Source of the DNA: Octopus vulgaris
Taxonomy: Eukaryota
DNA: 64,000 nucleotides
Reading direction: 5' to 3'
NCBI GenBank assembly: GCA_951406725.2
Contig: OX597837.1
Coordinates: 22,134,001-22,198,000 of the forward strand
The first letter of the stretch is position 1; every line of letters starts with the position of its first letter. Shown in pieces: positions 1-13,151 of the stretch. Made by a program: the position numbers and the translations under genes. Below the pieces are notes generated by a model, which had not been told where the DNA came from, made no database searches, and worked only from the letters and a program-made list of their open reading frames with translations.

Positions 1-227
1 TAACAATTTTGGCAGCTTGCCTTATATAATAATAATAGTGGTTTCACATTTTGGCACAAGGCTAGCAATTTAAGTGGAGGGGTAAGTCAATTTCATCAAC
101 CCCAGTGCTCAACTGGTACTTATTCGACTTTGGTGGATTTTGAACTCAAAGCGAAAAGATGGGTTAAATACTGCTAAGCATTTTATCCAGCATGCTAACA
201 ATTCTGCCAGCTCACCACATTCTAACC

Positions 228-649
228 TCTTTTTACTCTCTTTTACTTGTTTCAGTCATTTGACTGTGGCCATGCTGGAGCACCGCCTTTAGTCGAGCAA
301 ATCGACTCCAGGACTTTATTCTTTGTAAGCCTAGTACTTATTCTATCGGTCTCTTTTGCCGAACCGCTAAGTTACAGGGACCTAAACACACCAACATCGG
401 TTGTCAAGCGATGTCGGTGGTGGTGGTGGGGGGGACAAACAGACACACAAACATATACACACACATACACACATATATATATATGCTTATATACGATGGG
501 CTTCTTTCAGTTTCTGTCTACCAAATCCACTCACAAGGCTTTGGTTGGCCTGAGGCTATAGTAGAAGACACTTGCCCAAGGTGCCACGCAGTGGGAATGA
601 ACCTGGAACCATGTGGTTGGTAAGCAAGCTACTTACCACACAACCACTC
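228..649 (-). mobile_element. tRNA-derived SINE family A with an internal (TA)/(TG) tract
   Basis: Head GGCGCAGGAGTGGCTGTGTGGTAAG, B box GGTTCAGTCCC, tail CAGTCAAATGACTG...(AAAGAGT)n. Confidence 0.85.
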
Positions 650-696
<47 letters not shown>

Positions 697-1291
697 CATC
701 ATCATCATCGTTTAGCGTCCGCTTTCCATGCTAGCATGGGCATGGCTGTGTGGTTAGGGAGCTTGCTTCTTAACTACATGGTTTCAAGTTCAGTCCCACT
801 GTGTGGCACTTTGGGCAGGTGTCTTCTACTATAGCCCTGAGCCGACCCGACCGGAGCTTTGTGATTGAATTCGGTAGGTGGAAGTTATTGCCGTGTGTGT
901 ATGTGTGCGTATAGCTGCTCAGTGCCTCTTCGAATAATAATAATAATAATAATAATGATAATAATAACGGTTTCAAATTTTGGCACAGTGGTGGGGCTAA
1001 GTCAATTGCATCGACCAGTACTTATTTTATTGACCCTGAAAGGATAAAAAGCAAAGTTGACTTTGGTAGGATTTGAACTCAGAATGTTAGAACAGATAAA
1101 ATGTTGCTGATTATTTTTCCCAGTGTGCTAATGATTCTGCCAGCTCGCTGCCCTTGGCATGGGTTTCATAATACCATGCATTCTGTTACTTTGATAGGAA
1201 AGCTGAACACCAGGCAATCTTAAGGGGCTCCATTCCAGATATATTTTAAGGTTTATGTCCTTAACCTCTTTCTCCTGAAGCAGTACAGCTA

Positions 1292-1301
1292 TTTATTTAT
1301 T
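1292..1301 (-). promoter_or_regulatory. candidate polyadenylation signals (overlapping AATAAA)
   Basis: TAATAAATAAAT overlaps and immediately follows the predicted stop codon. Confidence 0.35.
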
Positions 1302-1348
1302 ATCTGGAGGACCATAATGTTGGACAGGGGCCCATTCTTTGTTCTAAG
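1300..1348 (-). CDS. CIMAP2: terminal coding exon 10 (S-LEQRMGPCPTLWSSR*)
   Basis: Follows an 80-nt intron with a polypyrimidine tract and acceptor gtgcag, phase 2. EQRMGP resembles QERITP. Stop TAA at 1302-1300. An alternative acceptor near 1275 is possible. Confidence 0.65.
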
Positions 1349-1428
1349 CTGCACACAGTTGATATTAAATAAAGGTAAGAAAAAAAAAAAAGTAAAACTA
1401 AAAAAATAAACATATCATTGAAACATAC

Positions 1429-1553
1429 CTGAGCATTTTTTCCTGTTTGCCTGATATGTTTTTAGTTTTGGAGAGGAAGACACTTCTGTGGCCATTAACG
1501 GGCTGTTTTTCCTGCCATAGTAGAATGTCGTATCTGTCTGGAGCCACTGTTTT
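1429..1553 (-). CDS. CIMAP2: coding exon 9 (KTVAPDRYDILLWQEKQPVNGHRSVFLSKTKNISGKQEKML)
   Basis: Acceptor ttcctgtag, donor gtatgt, 125 nt, phase 0 to 2. RY..L.W and RSVFLS resemble the LEXM C-terminus. Confidence 0.88.
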
Positions 1554-1667
1554 CTACAGGAAGAAAAAGGAAAAGAATGAAGAAGCATGTACATATCTAC
1601 CTCCCCCTTCCCCTTCCCTCCCCCACCCCCGTACCCCCTCCTCTTTTTCTCCCTCAGGAGAGAGTAC

Positions 1668-2079
1668 GGATCTTTTCGGTTTGAACGGCAGTTTTTAACA
1701 TAATTTCTAGGTAACTAAACACTGTTAAACTTCGTATACTGGTAGAATGTGTTTATAAAACATCTTTTTCTCTTGGCTTTATTGAGAAAATTCTATAGTT
1801 TGTAAGATATTTTTTTTTTGTTTTTTTCAATTTCTGCAATTTCAACCAATCGATGACGTCCATTGAGGTAAAAAACATTCTGTGCTGTATGAATATGTCC
1901 CTCGTTTAAGAAACAGATTTGTGAAGAAAAAAAAGATACCCTTCCCCCACACCTGACCCTAACTAACCCTAACCCTAAAACAGATTGAAATGCAATAGAT
2001 CGATACTAGGGTTATGATTATGGGTGACAATTTCATATGACACCGCTAGAAAAAACTGCCGTTCAAACCGAAAAGATCC
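1668..2079. mobile_element. MITE, Merlin-like (GG-initiated TIR, 8-bp TSD)
   Basis: ~29-bp TIR GGATCTTTTCGGTTTGAACGGCAGTTTTT; TSD gagagtac/aagagtac. Second copy at 57580. Confidence 0.8.
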
Positions 2080-2269
2080 AAGAGTACTACTATTTTAACC
2101 CTGGTAGTAACTATACTGAGAAGTAATGTCGATGGGGTTAAAATCATAGTAACATCAGTTCCTATGGAACAGCCATGTTGAAGTTGTGATAAACATTTTT
2201 TTCTCAGGGTAGTTGCTACCTTTATCTCTTGTAGAGATTTTCTAACTAGTTAATTTGCTTGTTGCAAGA

Positions 2270-3480
2270 TCAGTGACTCGTTGGCACTGATTTTCTATAT
2301 ATTGCGATCTGAAGCAAATAACTGCCATAAGCCACTTGTGAGGCACTCCGTGTGCTGCCAGGAACCGTTAAAGAGTGGACTGGGAATGCCCTGTCTGATG
2401 ATGTGCAGACATGCGTTGAGGCTGAGACATCTCTGGTGCCACCTGGAGGGTGATAAGGTGTGGAGTCCACTGGCGGAGGAGTTCTTGCCGTGACCGGCCT
2501 CTTTGGAGAAATTTAAACCCGGTTTCCTTAAAAGACGTAACCTGACTTTATGGCAGAAGGAGTGCCATCGATGGGCAAGGCTGGCAGTGGGAATACCACC
2601 TCGGTGTTCTATAGAGGGCTGGTAGAGGCAAAAAATGACGACATCCTAGGAGGGGCTCTGGGATTTGATGAGAACCAACTTGCTAACCTGTTCAGAAAAA
2701 CATTCAGGCAGGGGCATTTGGACAACTTCCAAAAATCCCTGACCTGGAGGTGCTACAGGAATGCTTTACCTGTTCGCGATAAGTTATCCAGGCACGGAAT
2801 GTCAGTGACACCGACGTGTCCAAGATGTAGGCTGGACAATGAAACTGTCCAGCTCACTTTTGTACAATGTCGGGAGCTTTCTAGCTTGATAAGTTATGTT
2901 GAACGCATGTTGCATCTGAGATGAGTACAGCTGTCGGCTGGATCTATAATAAAGATGATACCACCAACTGGACTCTCAAAGGAAGGTAAGGCATGTTTTT
3001 ACTGTACGATTGCAGTACTGAAAGAGTGTGTCTGGAGGACTAGAATGGAAGGTTCCGTGACAGGGTCCTTCATCTCTGGCCCCGGTTTGCTGTCTTCCTT
3101 CAGATACCATCTGAAGAACAAGATGGGGTCAGAGAGGAGGACCCTGCCACTGAGTGAATACGCGAAACGATGGAAGGATGTGACGAGGAAGGTGGGTGTC
3201 AGTAACCCAGTTTAATCATTGATGAAAGGAAAAGATAGTTGCTGGGCCTTACAGGCTGCCGGGTTCGATCTTTTTGAACTTTTATTCATTTTCTTTCTTT
3301 TTTTTTTTTTTTTTTTTTTTTAGAAGTTCTAGCTAAAGGTAAAAATTAATCATTACATAAAATATCTTTTAGGTAAATTTTTAACTTAAGGCTCATTAGA
3401 ACTCATTTGACTTTTTTGTATTTGCTTGTCTTGTAATGTCCTTGTCTATTTATGATCAGTTTGATCATAATAAAGATTAT
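2270..3480 (+). mobile_element. 5'-truncated L1/Tx1-clade LINE remnant with a zf-RVT region
   Basis: Broken ORFs with LTWRCYRNALPVRDKL..CPRC...ETV...F..C and VWRTR. Confidence 0.75.
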
Positions 3481-3766
3481 ATCCTGCCATGAAGATGAGC
3501 ACAAATAGCTCAAAACCATATGGTCTGATGGTCCTGTTGCTGGAAGATGATAAGGGTTCAGTCCCCTATATATATATATATATATATATTAGTGGCTAGT
3601 GTAAGGGAGTTCACTTTTAGTGGATTCCCTCTCATGTATGTATTATATTGGGTGCTGATTGTATCAAACAACCAGCTGGAGGAGGCGTTCTCCTGGGGTT
3701 AAAATAGTAGAAATGTCTGTTCTTACGGAACAGCCATGACGAAATGCTGATAAACATTATTTCTTA

Positions 3767-4197
3767 TATAGTGTCCCAAAAAGACACTGATGGGTTTCAA
3801 TTTTTAATAACTACCTTAATTTTACAAATAGATGCATGAAATTTTCGTGCAATATAAAGGACATAATGGAAATTAATAAGCACAAGTTAAATTTTGCAAC
3901 ACCACTACATAACATATGAAAAATGACATTGCTTTAAATTGTAGCTATTTTCAGCTTCGTACACCCATACTCTTTCCAAACCTGCACCATAACACCCTCA
4001 AGAGTTTCAGACCCCACTTCTCTGATTTCTCTGTTGATGTTCTCCTTCAGTTGCACCAGGGTCTCTGGTTTGTTGACATAAAATTTGATTTTTGCGTATT
4101 AATTCCCTTTATACTGTATCAAAATTTCATGCATTTATTTGTAAAGTTAAGGAACTTATTGAAAATTGAAACCAACAGTGACTTTTGGGACACTCTG
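3767..4197. mobile_element. Tc1/mariner-type MITE
   Basis: ~80-bp imperfect TIR (gtgtcccaaaa...tttgggacactctg) flanked by TA. Confidence 0.75.
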
Positions 4198-4238
4198 TAA
4201 ATATATATATATATATACATACACACACACACACACAT

Positions 4239-4291
<53 letters not shown>

Positions 4292-5262
4292 CATACATAT
4301 ATATGTGTGTGTGTATGTGTGTTTGTTTGTGTGTGTCTTTGTGTCTGTGTTTGTCAACCCACCCCCTTGACAACTTGTGCTTGGCAACTGGTGTTGGTCT
4401 GTTTACGTCCCTGATCATCTCAATCAGAGTTTACCTGAAGCTAAACAAGACATGAAGCAAGTCACATGGCTTATAAGAAATAGCTACAATGATTTAAGGC
4501 AGTCATTGGCAACCTGCGATCTGCGGGACTTTCTGAATGTCATGCCTTAACGAAAAATTACTTGGATTCTTTTAGTTGTATATCCCGCTTCATAACGTAC
4601 CATGTCTCATGCAGTCTGCTTCTAGAATGAAGTTAACCATGTCTGATTTAAAGTAGAAAATGTTATTATAACCCTTTCTACTATAGGCACAAGGCCTGAA
4701 ATTTGGGGAAGGGGATAGTGGACCCTAGTGTTTCTCTGATATTTAATTTATCGCTCCCGAAAGAATGAAGGGCAGAGTCGAACTTGGTGGAATTTGAACT
4801 GATGAAATAGCGCCAAGAATTTTGCCAGGCCTGCTAACGATTCTGCTAGCTCACCACTTATAATGGCCTGTCTCTTGATACGGATGTGAGTCGGCATCGA
4901 TTAGAAATCCTGCTTGAAGACTAGGATTCTTCAATCAATAGGTTTTAGTAATAAGTTTTGGCTGTGTGGTAAGTAGCTTGCTAACCAGCCACATGTTTCC
5001 GGGTTCAATCCCACTGCGTGGCATCTTGGGCAAGTGTCTTCTGCTATAGCCCCGGGCCGACCAATGCCTTGTGAGTGGATTTGGTAGACGGAAACTGAAA
5101 GAAGCCTGTCGTATATATGTATATATATATATGTATGTGTGTCTGTGTTTGTGACATCTTTGAATCAACAATGCGAATTTGACGTCTGTTATCTCCCCTT
5201 AACCTTTCCTAACGCACACATATGCTTATTCTAAGTAAATTCCAGTTACAGTGGAACGGACA

Positions 5263-5452
5263 TACTCTTTTACTTGTTTCAGTCATTTGATTGCGGCCAT
5301 GCTGGAGCACCGCCTTTAGTCCAGCAAATCGACCCCAGGACTTATTCTTTGTAAGCCTACTACTTATTCTATCGATCTCCTTTGCCGAACCGCTAAGTTA
5401 CAGGGACCTAAATACACCAGCATCGCTTGTCAAGCAATGTTGGGGGGGACAA

Positions 5453-5509
<57 letters not shown>

Positions 5510-5726
5510 TACATACATACATACATACATACATACATACATACATACATACATACATACGTACATACGACGGGCTTCTTTCAGTTTCGGTCTACCAAAT
5601 CCACTCACAAGGCTTTGGTTGGCCCGAGGCTATAGTAGAAGACACTTGCCGAAGGTGCCATGCAGTGGGACTGAAACCGGAACCATGTGGTTGGTAAGCA
5701 AGCTACTTACCACACAGCCACTCCTT
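5263..5726 (-). mobile_element. SINE family A
   Basis: Full-length copy. Confidence 0.85.
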
Positions 5727-5762
5727 GTTAAAAAATATTTATTATCGACAGAGGTACTATTA

Positions 5763-5988
5763 GTACCGAGTGGTAATATTTATCCCTAATTAAACGTGGA
5801 TGGTCTATTAGAACAAAATATACTGCAGTTGATACCATGAGAGAAACTATCATATTGAACTTTTGGTGCAAAATGCATTCTTTCACCAAAAGCCAATATG
5901 TGAGTTTTTCTCATGGTATCTACCACAATAAAGTTTGTTCTAACGGAACATCCAGGTTTAAGTGGGGATAAATATTACCCTTGGATAT
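5763..5988. mobile_element. MITE-like inverted-repeat element
   Basis: ggtaatatttatccc...gggataaatattacc arms; partial copy near 34826-34915. Confidence 0.55.
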
Positions 5989-5989
5989 G

Positions 5990-6740
5990 TAGCATGCATG
6001 CCCGACTCCAGACTCCTCAAACAGATCTTTGGTGAACTAATACCCGTGGACATATTTACAAAGTCAGAAAGCAGCACAGCTCCCATGACTTTAGGAAGCA
6101 TTTTTTCACGCTGAGAGTTGCTGAAGCATGGAACAAACTGCCGGCATCAGTTGTTAGTTGTCGGAGCACTGCATCCTTCAAAACTTCCATGCTTCCTGAG
6201 ATTCGCCAACATTACACCTGATTTTCTCCCCTCCATACATACACAAGCATGTATCTGACTCATACACTGTTCGCTTTCCAGACATTGGTACATTACTACA
6301 TACACTTTATACGCACTTTCTGACAAGTTGTGGAGCACCTGAGCACTGTATACAATAATTTCATCATTATTATTATTATTATTATAAATGTTGGATCGTG
6401 GTTACGTGGAAGTTCAAAGAAGAGATACACTAACATGCCCGAGAAAACCCTGAAAAGGTGTAACTGAAAGCAGTCTACGTGAGAACATCTTGTTCGAGAT
6501 TGCTCTCGGTGGCATAGTACTGTTTACTCTGCAGTATTGCACTGTGAATCGGAGAAGCTACAGAGTGGTTGGTTGCTTGGAAAGCAAGTGTCCTAGGGAG
6601 GTTCCTAACTCTGACACTGCGAGCTCCCACAGAAACCATGGATTTCATGCTAAAATTGGCTTAATAAACCACCTTGGGACGTAGTACACCGCTGATGAAT
6701 AACCTCGTCATCTTCAGACAAAACGGACGAACCTAATAAG
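5990..6740 (+). mobile_element. RTE-like LINE 3' remnant interrupted by a CR1 tail
   Basis: MPDSRLLKQI-like motif, then a CR1 insert, then GSWLRGSSKKRY-like sequence and an RTE-type end. Confidence 0.5.
6045..6385 (+). mobile_element. CR1-like LINE 3' end with (TTA)n tail
   Basis: RKHFFTLRVAEAWNKLPASVV motif. Confidence 0.8.
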
Positions 6741-6812
6741 AGTGTTGTAGTTATCTCCCTTTAACGTTTCCTGATTCGCACACAATTATCGAGTCAGATT
6801 CAGAAAGGATGT

Positions 6813-6846
<34 letters not shown>

Positions 6847-7751
6847 GCGGCCAGAAGAAAGGGGTGTGACAGGGGAATCAATGTTGTTTAGCCCCAGGTT
6901 GCCTTTGATCCAGCAGGCCTGTAATCATCGATATTTCAACTGCGACCAACCTGTACTTAATATTCAGACACAATATATCGCAGACTAGACTATCTAATGT
7001 AACCTTTTATTATTATTTATCCTTATCTAAAAAAAAAAAAAAGAAAGAAAAAGTGTAATTGATTTAAGGGAAATTTGGCTAATACTTCGAAAAGGGCAAA
7101 TAGAAAGCAGTCTCAATGCGGTCGACAGACCTGCTAGAAATAATAGTCAACTGTCCGCCTTACTTTATTGAAAAGGAAGAATACACTGCATTAATATATG
7201 TTTGAGGAAGGCACAAATGTCACGAATTGAAAGTCTTTCATGGCTCTATTGCAGTCATGGGCTAACTGTGGCCCACGGCCGTATGCTGCCCACAAGGCTT
7301 TCTGAATGGCAGGCCTAAGAAAAATTAATTATCTTGAAGTTTTTAGTGGAGCAGCCCGCTTGATAATGAGCCATGTCTCGTATGGCCCCTTCTCGAACGA
7401 AAAGGGTCGCCCATGCCTGCTCTGTTGCTTAGTCACCGTCGACATTAGGCTAAGCAACAACGACGGCGGCGGAAACGGCACCACCGCCACCAACAACAAC
7501 AACAATGAATCATTTAATGAACTTGTTCATGGTTGTGTTAGAGTTATCCCCCTTACCCGCATCGTGATTTACGATTACAGCGATCACTTGCCATATCGCG
7601 GTTCACCTATCGCGCCCTCAGTACATCGCGGATTTTCCTGGTTAATATGTGTAAATTTATATCGCAGGTTTCTGCTGCCGATAGGTATTTAATAATAAGC
7701 CTTTTCACACCTAAAAATTAATAGATTAATAAAAATACAGTACAGTACTGT

Positions 7752-8165
7752 AGGCGCAGGAGTGGCTGTGTGGTAAGTAGCTTGCTAACCAACCACATGG
7801 TTCGGGGTTCAGTCCCACTGCGTGGCATCTTGGGCAAGTGTCTTCTGCTATAGCCCCGGGCCGACCAATGCCTTGTGAGTGGATTTGGTAGACGGAAACT
7901 GAAAGAAGCCTGTCGTATATGTGTATATATATGTATGTGTGTGTGTTTGTGTGTTTGTGTTTGCCCCTCTAGCATTGCTTGACAACCGATGCTGGTGTGT
8001 TTACGTCCCCGTCACTTAGCGGTTCGGCAAAAGAGACCGATAGAATAAGTACTGGGCTTACAAAGAATAAGTCCCGGGGTCGATTTGCTCGACTAAAGGC
8101 GGTGCTCCAGCATGGCCGCAGTCAAATGACTGAAACAAGTAAAAGATAAAAGAAAGATAAAAAAA
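7752..8165 (+). mobile_element. SINE family A
   Basis: Full-length copy. Confidence 0.9.
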
Positions 8166-8324
8166 GTACTGCACTCTATAACACATTAATTGAAATATAT
8201 TAAAAGAAAATATGCAGTGCACAGTGTATGAGTAAACAAAGAATCACACATACTGTATAGAAAATAGAACTTGGGAGGCGAGTGTGTGGTGGTGTTTTAC
8301 AGTACAGTACTGTTTATATTGAAA

Positions 8325-8765
8325 CTCCGACGTCTGGCAGCTGATTTGGCAGACACCCATAAAATTATCAACCATCTTACAGACAATAACTCTGAGCACC
8401 TTTTCAAACTCCACCTGTCTAACATCCGTGGACATATTTACAAAGTCAGAAAACAGCACAGCTCCCATGACTTTAGGAAATATTTTCTCACGCTAAGAGT
8501 TGCTGAAGCATGGAACAAACTGCCAGCATCAGTTGTTAGTTGTCGGAGCACTGCATCCTCCAAAACTTCCATGCTTTCTGAGATTCGCCAACACTACACC
8601 TGATTTTCTCCCCTCCATACACACACAAGCATGTATCTGACTCATACACTGTTCGCTTTCCAGACATTTGTACATTACTACATATACTTTATACACACTT
8701 TTTGACAAGTTGTGGTGCACCTGAACACTGTATGCAATAATTTCATTATTATATTATTATTATAC
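8325..8765 (+). mobile_element. CR1-like LINE 3' end
   Basis: IRGHIYKV...RVAEAWNKLP followed by a (TTA)n tail. Confidence 0.8.
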
Positions 8766-9180
8766 TTCACAAATTTTCACCTATCACAGGGGGTTTTGGA
8801 ACGTAACACCCGTGGTAGTCGAGGGATTACAGTAATTATAAAATTTCCGAATTACTTTTCAGAATTGTTTTCGATCAATTTAAATTTCGCAGTTCACTCC
8901 CTTGCTACGAATTGCCATTAAACTTTATCTGCTCCTTGTTTGCATCTAGAAATTGAGGCATACATATTGACTTTTTAAGATTATCTTTTACCCGTTTCCA
9001 GTCAATGGTCTGTGGCCACGCTGAGGCACTGCTTTAAAGTATTTTAGTCAAATGAATCGACCCCAGAACTAATCTAAATCTCATACATACTTATTGTAGT
9101 GTCTTTCTTATTTTTTACCGAACTCTAAGTTAAAGGAATGCAAACAAACCAATACTGGTTCTCAAGCAGTGAAAGTTCAC

Positions 9181-9211
<31 letters not shown>

Positions 9212-10959
9212 TGATATGCATATTTTATTTGTGGGTTAACAAGGCAACAAATGATTTTAAGTGAAGAGATCTTCACAATTATTCAAGCCTTCCACATAGA
9301 AATGTTGGTACTCATCTCCGTTTTGAATAAGAATGCACAAAATTACATGAAACTGAATGGAATTTTGAAATTACTACACAGATCACGGGAGGTAACCTAC
9401 AAGAATATCTGAATTGTTATCAGCCTTGCATTAACCCCTGGATTTTTTCAAGAATTTGCAGTCACCATATATTGATTGACTCCTTAATTATCTTATGTGA
9501 GAATGTTCCTGCATACCTGTATTTATAAAATATACAGGTAAAAGAAACTGGTACCTGGTCTCTGTCGGTTATGATGATGAAAGTTACAGTTGATCCAATC
9601 GAAGCGCAGGAGTGACTGTGTGGTAAGTAGCTTGTTTACCAACCACATGGTTCCGGGTTCAGTCCCACTGCGTGGCACCTTGGGCAAGTGTCTTCTGCTA
9701 TAGCCCCGGGCCGACCAATGCCTTGTGAGTGGATTTGGTAGACGGAAACTGAAAGAAGCCCATCATATATATGTATATATATGTATGCGTGTGTGTGTGT
9801 TTGTATGTCTGTGTTTGTCCCCCTAGCATTGCTTGACAACCGATGCTGGTGTGTTTATGTCCCCGTTGCTTAGCGGTTTGGCAAAAAGAGACCAATAGAA
9901 TAAGTACTAGGCTTAATCTGTTTGTCTGGAACAAATTCTACAAGGAAGGCATTTTGTCCTTTGTGCTAAAAATTCTGCTAATGCAGTTTTGAGTTCAGTC
10001 CCACTGTGAGGCACCTTGGGCAAGTGATTACCACTATGGCTCTGTGTTGACTACAGCTTTGTGAATGAATTTGGTAGAGGGAAACTGAAAGAAGCCCATC
10101 CTATACATGTGCGTGTGTGTTCAACTCATACTCACTGTTCAATGAGAGTGTGAGTGTTTGACGGATGAATATTCTAGATTTGTGGATTAACAAACATGCT
10201 AATCGTTTCATGTGGAAAGGGTATCTGCAATTCTTCAAGTAATCCACTTAAAACTACTGATTGTCTCCATTTTGGATGAGAATATATGATATCAAGCAGG
10301 ACTATGAGGGACATCTGAATGAATGCACAGATCCAGTGTGCTAACAATTCTTTTCCTTTCTACTATAAGCACAAGGCCTGAAATTTGTGAGGAGGGGCTA
10401 AGTCGGTTACATCAACCCCAGTGCATAACTGGTACTTCATTTATCTACCCCAAAAGACTGAAAGACAAAGTTGACCTTGGTGGAATTTGAACTCAGAACA
10501 TAAAGACGAGCAAAATACTGCTAAGCATTTTGTCCAGCGTGCTAATGATTCTGCCAGCTCACTGCCCTTAATAGCACTAATATTAAATTTGTAATTAAGG
10601 CAGCAAGTTGACAGAACCATTGGCACATTGGGCAAAATGCTTAGCAGCATTTTGGCTGTCTTTTTTACATTCTGAGTTCAAACTCTGCTGAAGTCAACTT
10701 TAACTTTCGCGTTTTAAGGGTTGATAAAATAAGTACCAGTTGAATACTGGGGGTGATCGAAATGACTTAGCCCCACCCCTGAAATTGCTGGCCTTATGCC
10801 AAAATTTGAAGCCAATATTAAATATATAATACAAGATGGTAAGCAGCCAGAATCATTAGCACACCAGACAAAATGCTTAGCAGCGTTTCATGTGTCACTA
10901 CGTTCTGAGGTCAAATTCCACCAAGGTCATCTTAGCCTTGCATCCTTTTGGTATAGATA

Positions 10960-11368
10960 GGCGCAGGAGTGGCTGTGTGGTAAGTAGCTTGTTTACCAGC
11001 CACATGGTTCTGGGTTCAGTCCCACTGCGTGGCATCTTGGGCAAGTGTCTTCTGCTATAGCACCGGGCTGACCAATGCCATGTGAGTGGATTTGGTAGAC
11101 GGAAAATTAAGAAGCCTGTCGTATATATGTATATATATATATGTATGTATGTGTGTGTATATGTTTGTGTGTCCGTGTTTGTCCCCCTAGCATTGCTTGA
11201 CAACCGATGCTGGTGTGTTTACATCCCCGTCACTTAGCGGTTCGGCAAGAGAAACCGATAGAATAAGTACTGGGCTTACAAAGAATAAGTCCCGGGGTTG
11301 ATTTGCTCGGCTAAAGGCGGTGCTCCAGCATGGTCGCAGTCAAATGACTGAAACAAGTAAAAGAGTAA
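10960..11368 (+). mobile_element. SINE family A
   Basis: Full-length copy. Confidence 0.9.
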
Positions 11369-11458
11369 GGGCCTCAGGTTGATGCAGTTGACTTAGCCCC
11401 CTCCCTCAAAATAGCTGACCTTGTGCTAAAATTTGAAGCCAAAACTAAATATACAATA

Positions 11459-11843
11459 TCTTTATATATAAAAGTGAGGTTGTGTGTCTGTCTCCTACGA
11501 TTTAGATTCCTAACTACTCCCACATTTTGCGGTGCAGTTTAACCAAAACCGGGTATCTTATAGTCGTGATTCATATCGAGCCCTTCTGGGTATTAGCGTT
11601 CGTCTACGATGAGTCTACGATTTTAAAAATAATTTACCATAATTTTTTTCCATTTTAATGCATTTTTTCGCTATTATATAAGGGAAGTAACTCTCTAAAA
11701 ATGTCTACGATGAGTCAACGATTTAAAAAAAAAATTTACCATAATTTTTTTTCCATTTTTTTGCTATTTTTTGGCTATAACTCTAAAAATGCTTTATAGT
11801 TATTTCCCTTACAAACCCGAGCAACGCCGGGCGATACTGCTAG
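11459..11843 (+). mobile_element. non-autonomous Helitron
   Basis: A|TC start, subterminal hairpin CCCGAGCAACGCCGGG, CTAG|T end, no TSD. Confidence 0.8.
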
Positions 11844-11879
11844 TCTATAATACAAATGAAAGTATTAAATCAAACATAC

Positions 11880-12008
11880 AGTTCCTGCTACAGAGTTTGG
11901 ACATGGCTGACTAGATCTGGTGGCTGAAGATGCAAATGGTGGGAGGTTCCTAGACATTGATTTGTGATCTTGGTATGACACATCATAGTGTCCAGGGCCT
12001 GGAATATT
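11880..12008 (-). CDS. CIMAP2: coding exon 8 (NIPGPGHYDVSYQDHKSMSRNLPPFASSATRSSQPCPNSVAGT)
   Basis: Acceptor cctctgcag, donor gtatgt, 129 nt, PGPGHY and PPF motifs. Confidence 0.92.
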
Positions 12009-12384
12009 CTGCAGAGGAAAGAAAATGAGAGTAAAGCATAATGTTATAATAACTGAAATATATTTCAGGTAGACAATACACACACATACACACACTTCCA
12101 TACATACGCACACACATATGTGTGTGTGCGTGAATGTTTATTTTTGGATGTCTTCACACTAAGACAGTGTGGGCATTGGTGATATTATGATTACCTCCCC
12201 TGTCAACAATCCACCTTGTATATTGCTGGATTCAACTTGTGATAATCAGTGGCATAAAAAATATGTTATTTGTAAAGCAGATAAGATCTGGCAACACGGT
12301 GGAGCATCCAGCTATAGAAACCTGTCTCAATAGGTTTTTGTTCCCAACCCTTGCTGGCAATGATAAAAGTGACATAAAAATGGC

Positions 12385-12729
12385 GATGACAATGATGACA
12401 ACGACGATGACGACGACGATGACGAAGACAATGATAACAACAACAAAGATGATGATAACGACGACGATGATGATGATTGTTATTATGATGATTATGATAA
12501 TAATATTTATTATGATGACATTGATGACAAAACAATAATGATGAAGCTAACAACAGTGCTGCTGCTATTGATGGTGATGATGATGATGACGATGACGATG
12601 ACGACGACGATGATGATGATGGTGATGATGGCGATGGTGATGATGGTGATGGTGATGGTGATGATGGTGATGGTGATGATGTGATGGTGATGATGATGAT
12701 GATGATGATGGTGGTGATGGTGATGATGG

Positions 12730-12762
<33 letters not shown>

Positions 12763-12977
12763 CGATGATGATGATGATGACGATGGTGATGATGATGATG
12801 GTGATGGTGGTGATGGTGATGGTGATGATGAAGATGGTTATGATGATGGTGATGATGATGATGATGATGATGGTGATGATGATGGTGATGATGATGGTGA
12901 TGATGATGATGATGATGATAATGATGATGGTGATGATGATGGTGATGGCAATGATGATGATGATGATGATGATGATA
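12385..12977. repeat. (GAT/GGT)n trinucleotide tract
   Basis: Seen directly in the sequence. Confidence 0.95.
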
Positions 12978-13151
12978 TAATACATACAATATATATATAT
13001 ATATATATATATACCGGAGTAAACACATAAATGTGAAACAAGGTGGAAAAACTGTCCGATGAACGGCAACGGGAAACTCAGAGTAACAGGTTTTGTTGAA
13101 TTTTCTGCTGCTTTAAATAAAGTATATATATATATATATGTAAATACTCAC

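Noticed and set aside
247-623. recurrent ORFs such as FQFPSTKSTHKALVG and RLPNPLTRHWSARGYSRRHLPK
   Set aside because: Translations of SINE family A in various frames.
1253-1275. alternative last exon (RRKRLRT*)
   Set aside because: The nearer acceptor at 1349 has a stronger pyrimidine tract and a better motif match. Not fully excluded.
3487-3531. hammerhead-like motif (ATGAAGATGAGC..GCTCAAAACCATATGGTC)
   Set aside because: Two core mismatches; at most a decayed remnant.
12266-13069. poly-Ile, poly-His and poly-Met ORFs
   Set aside because: Translations of the (GAT)n microsatellite.
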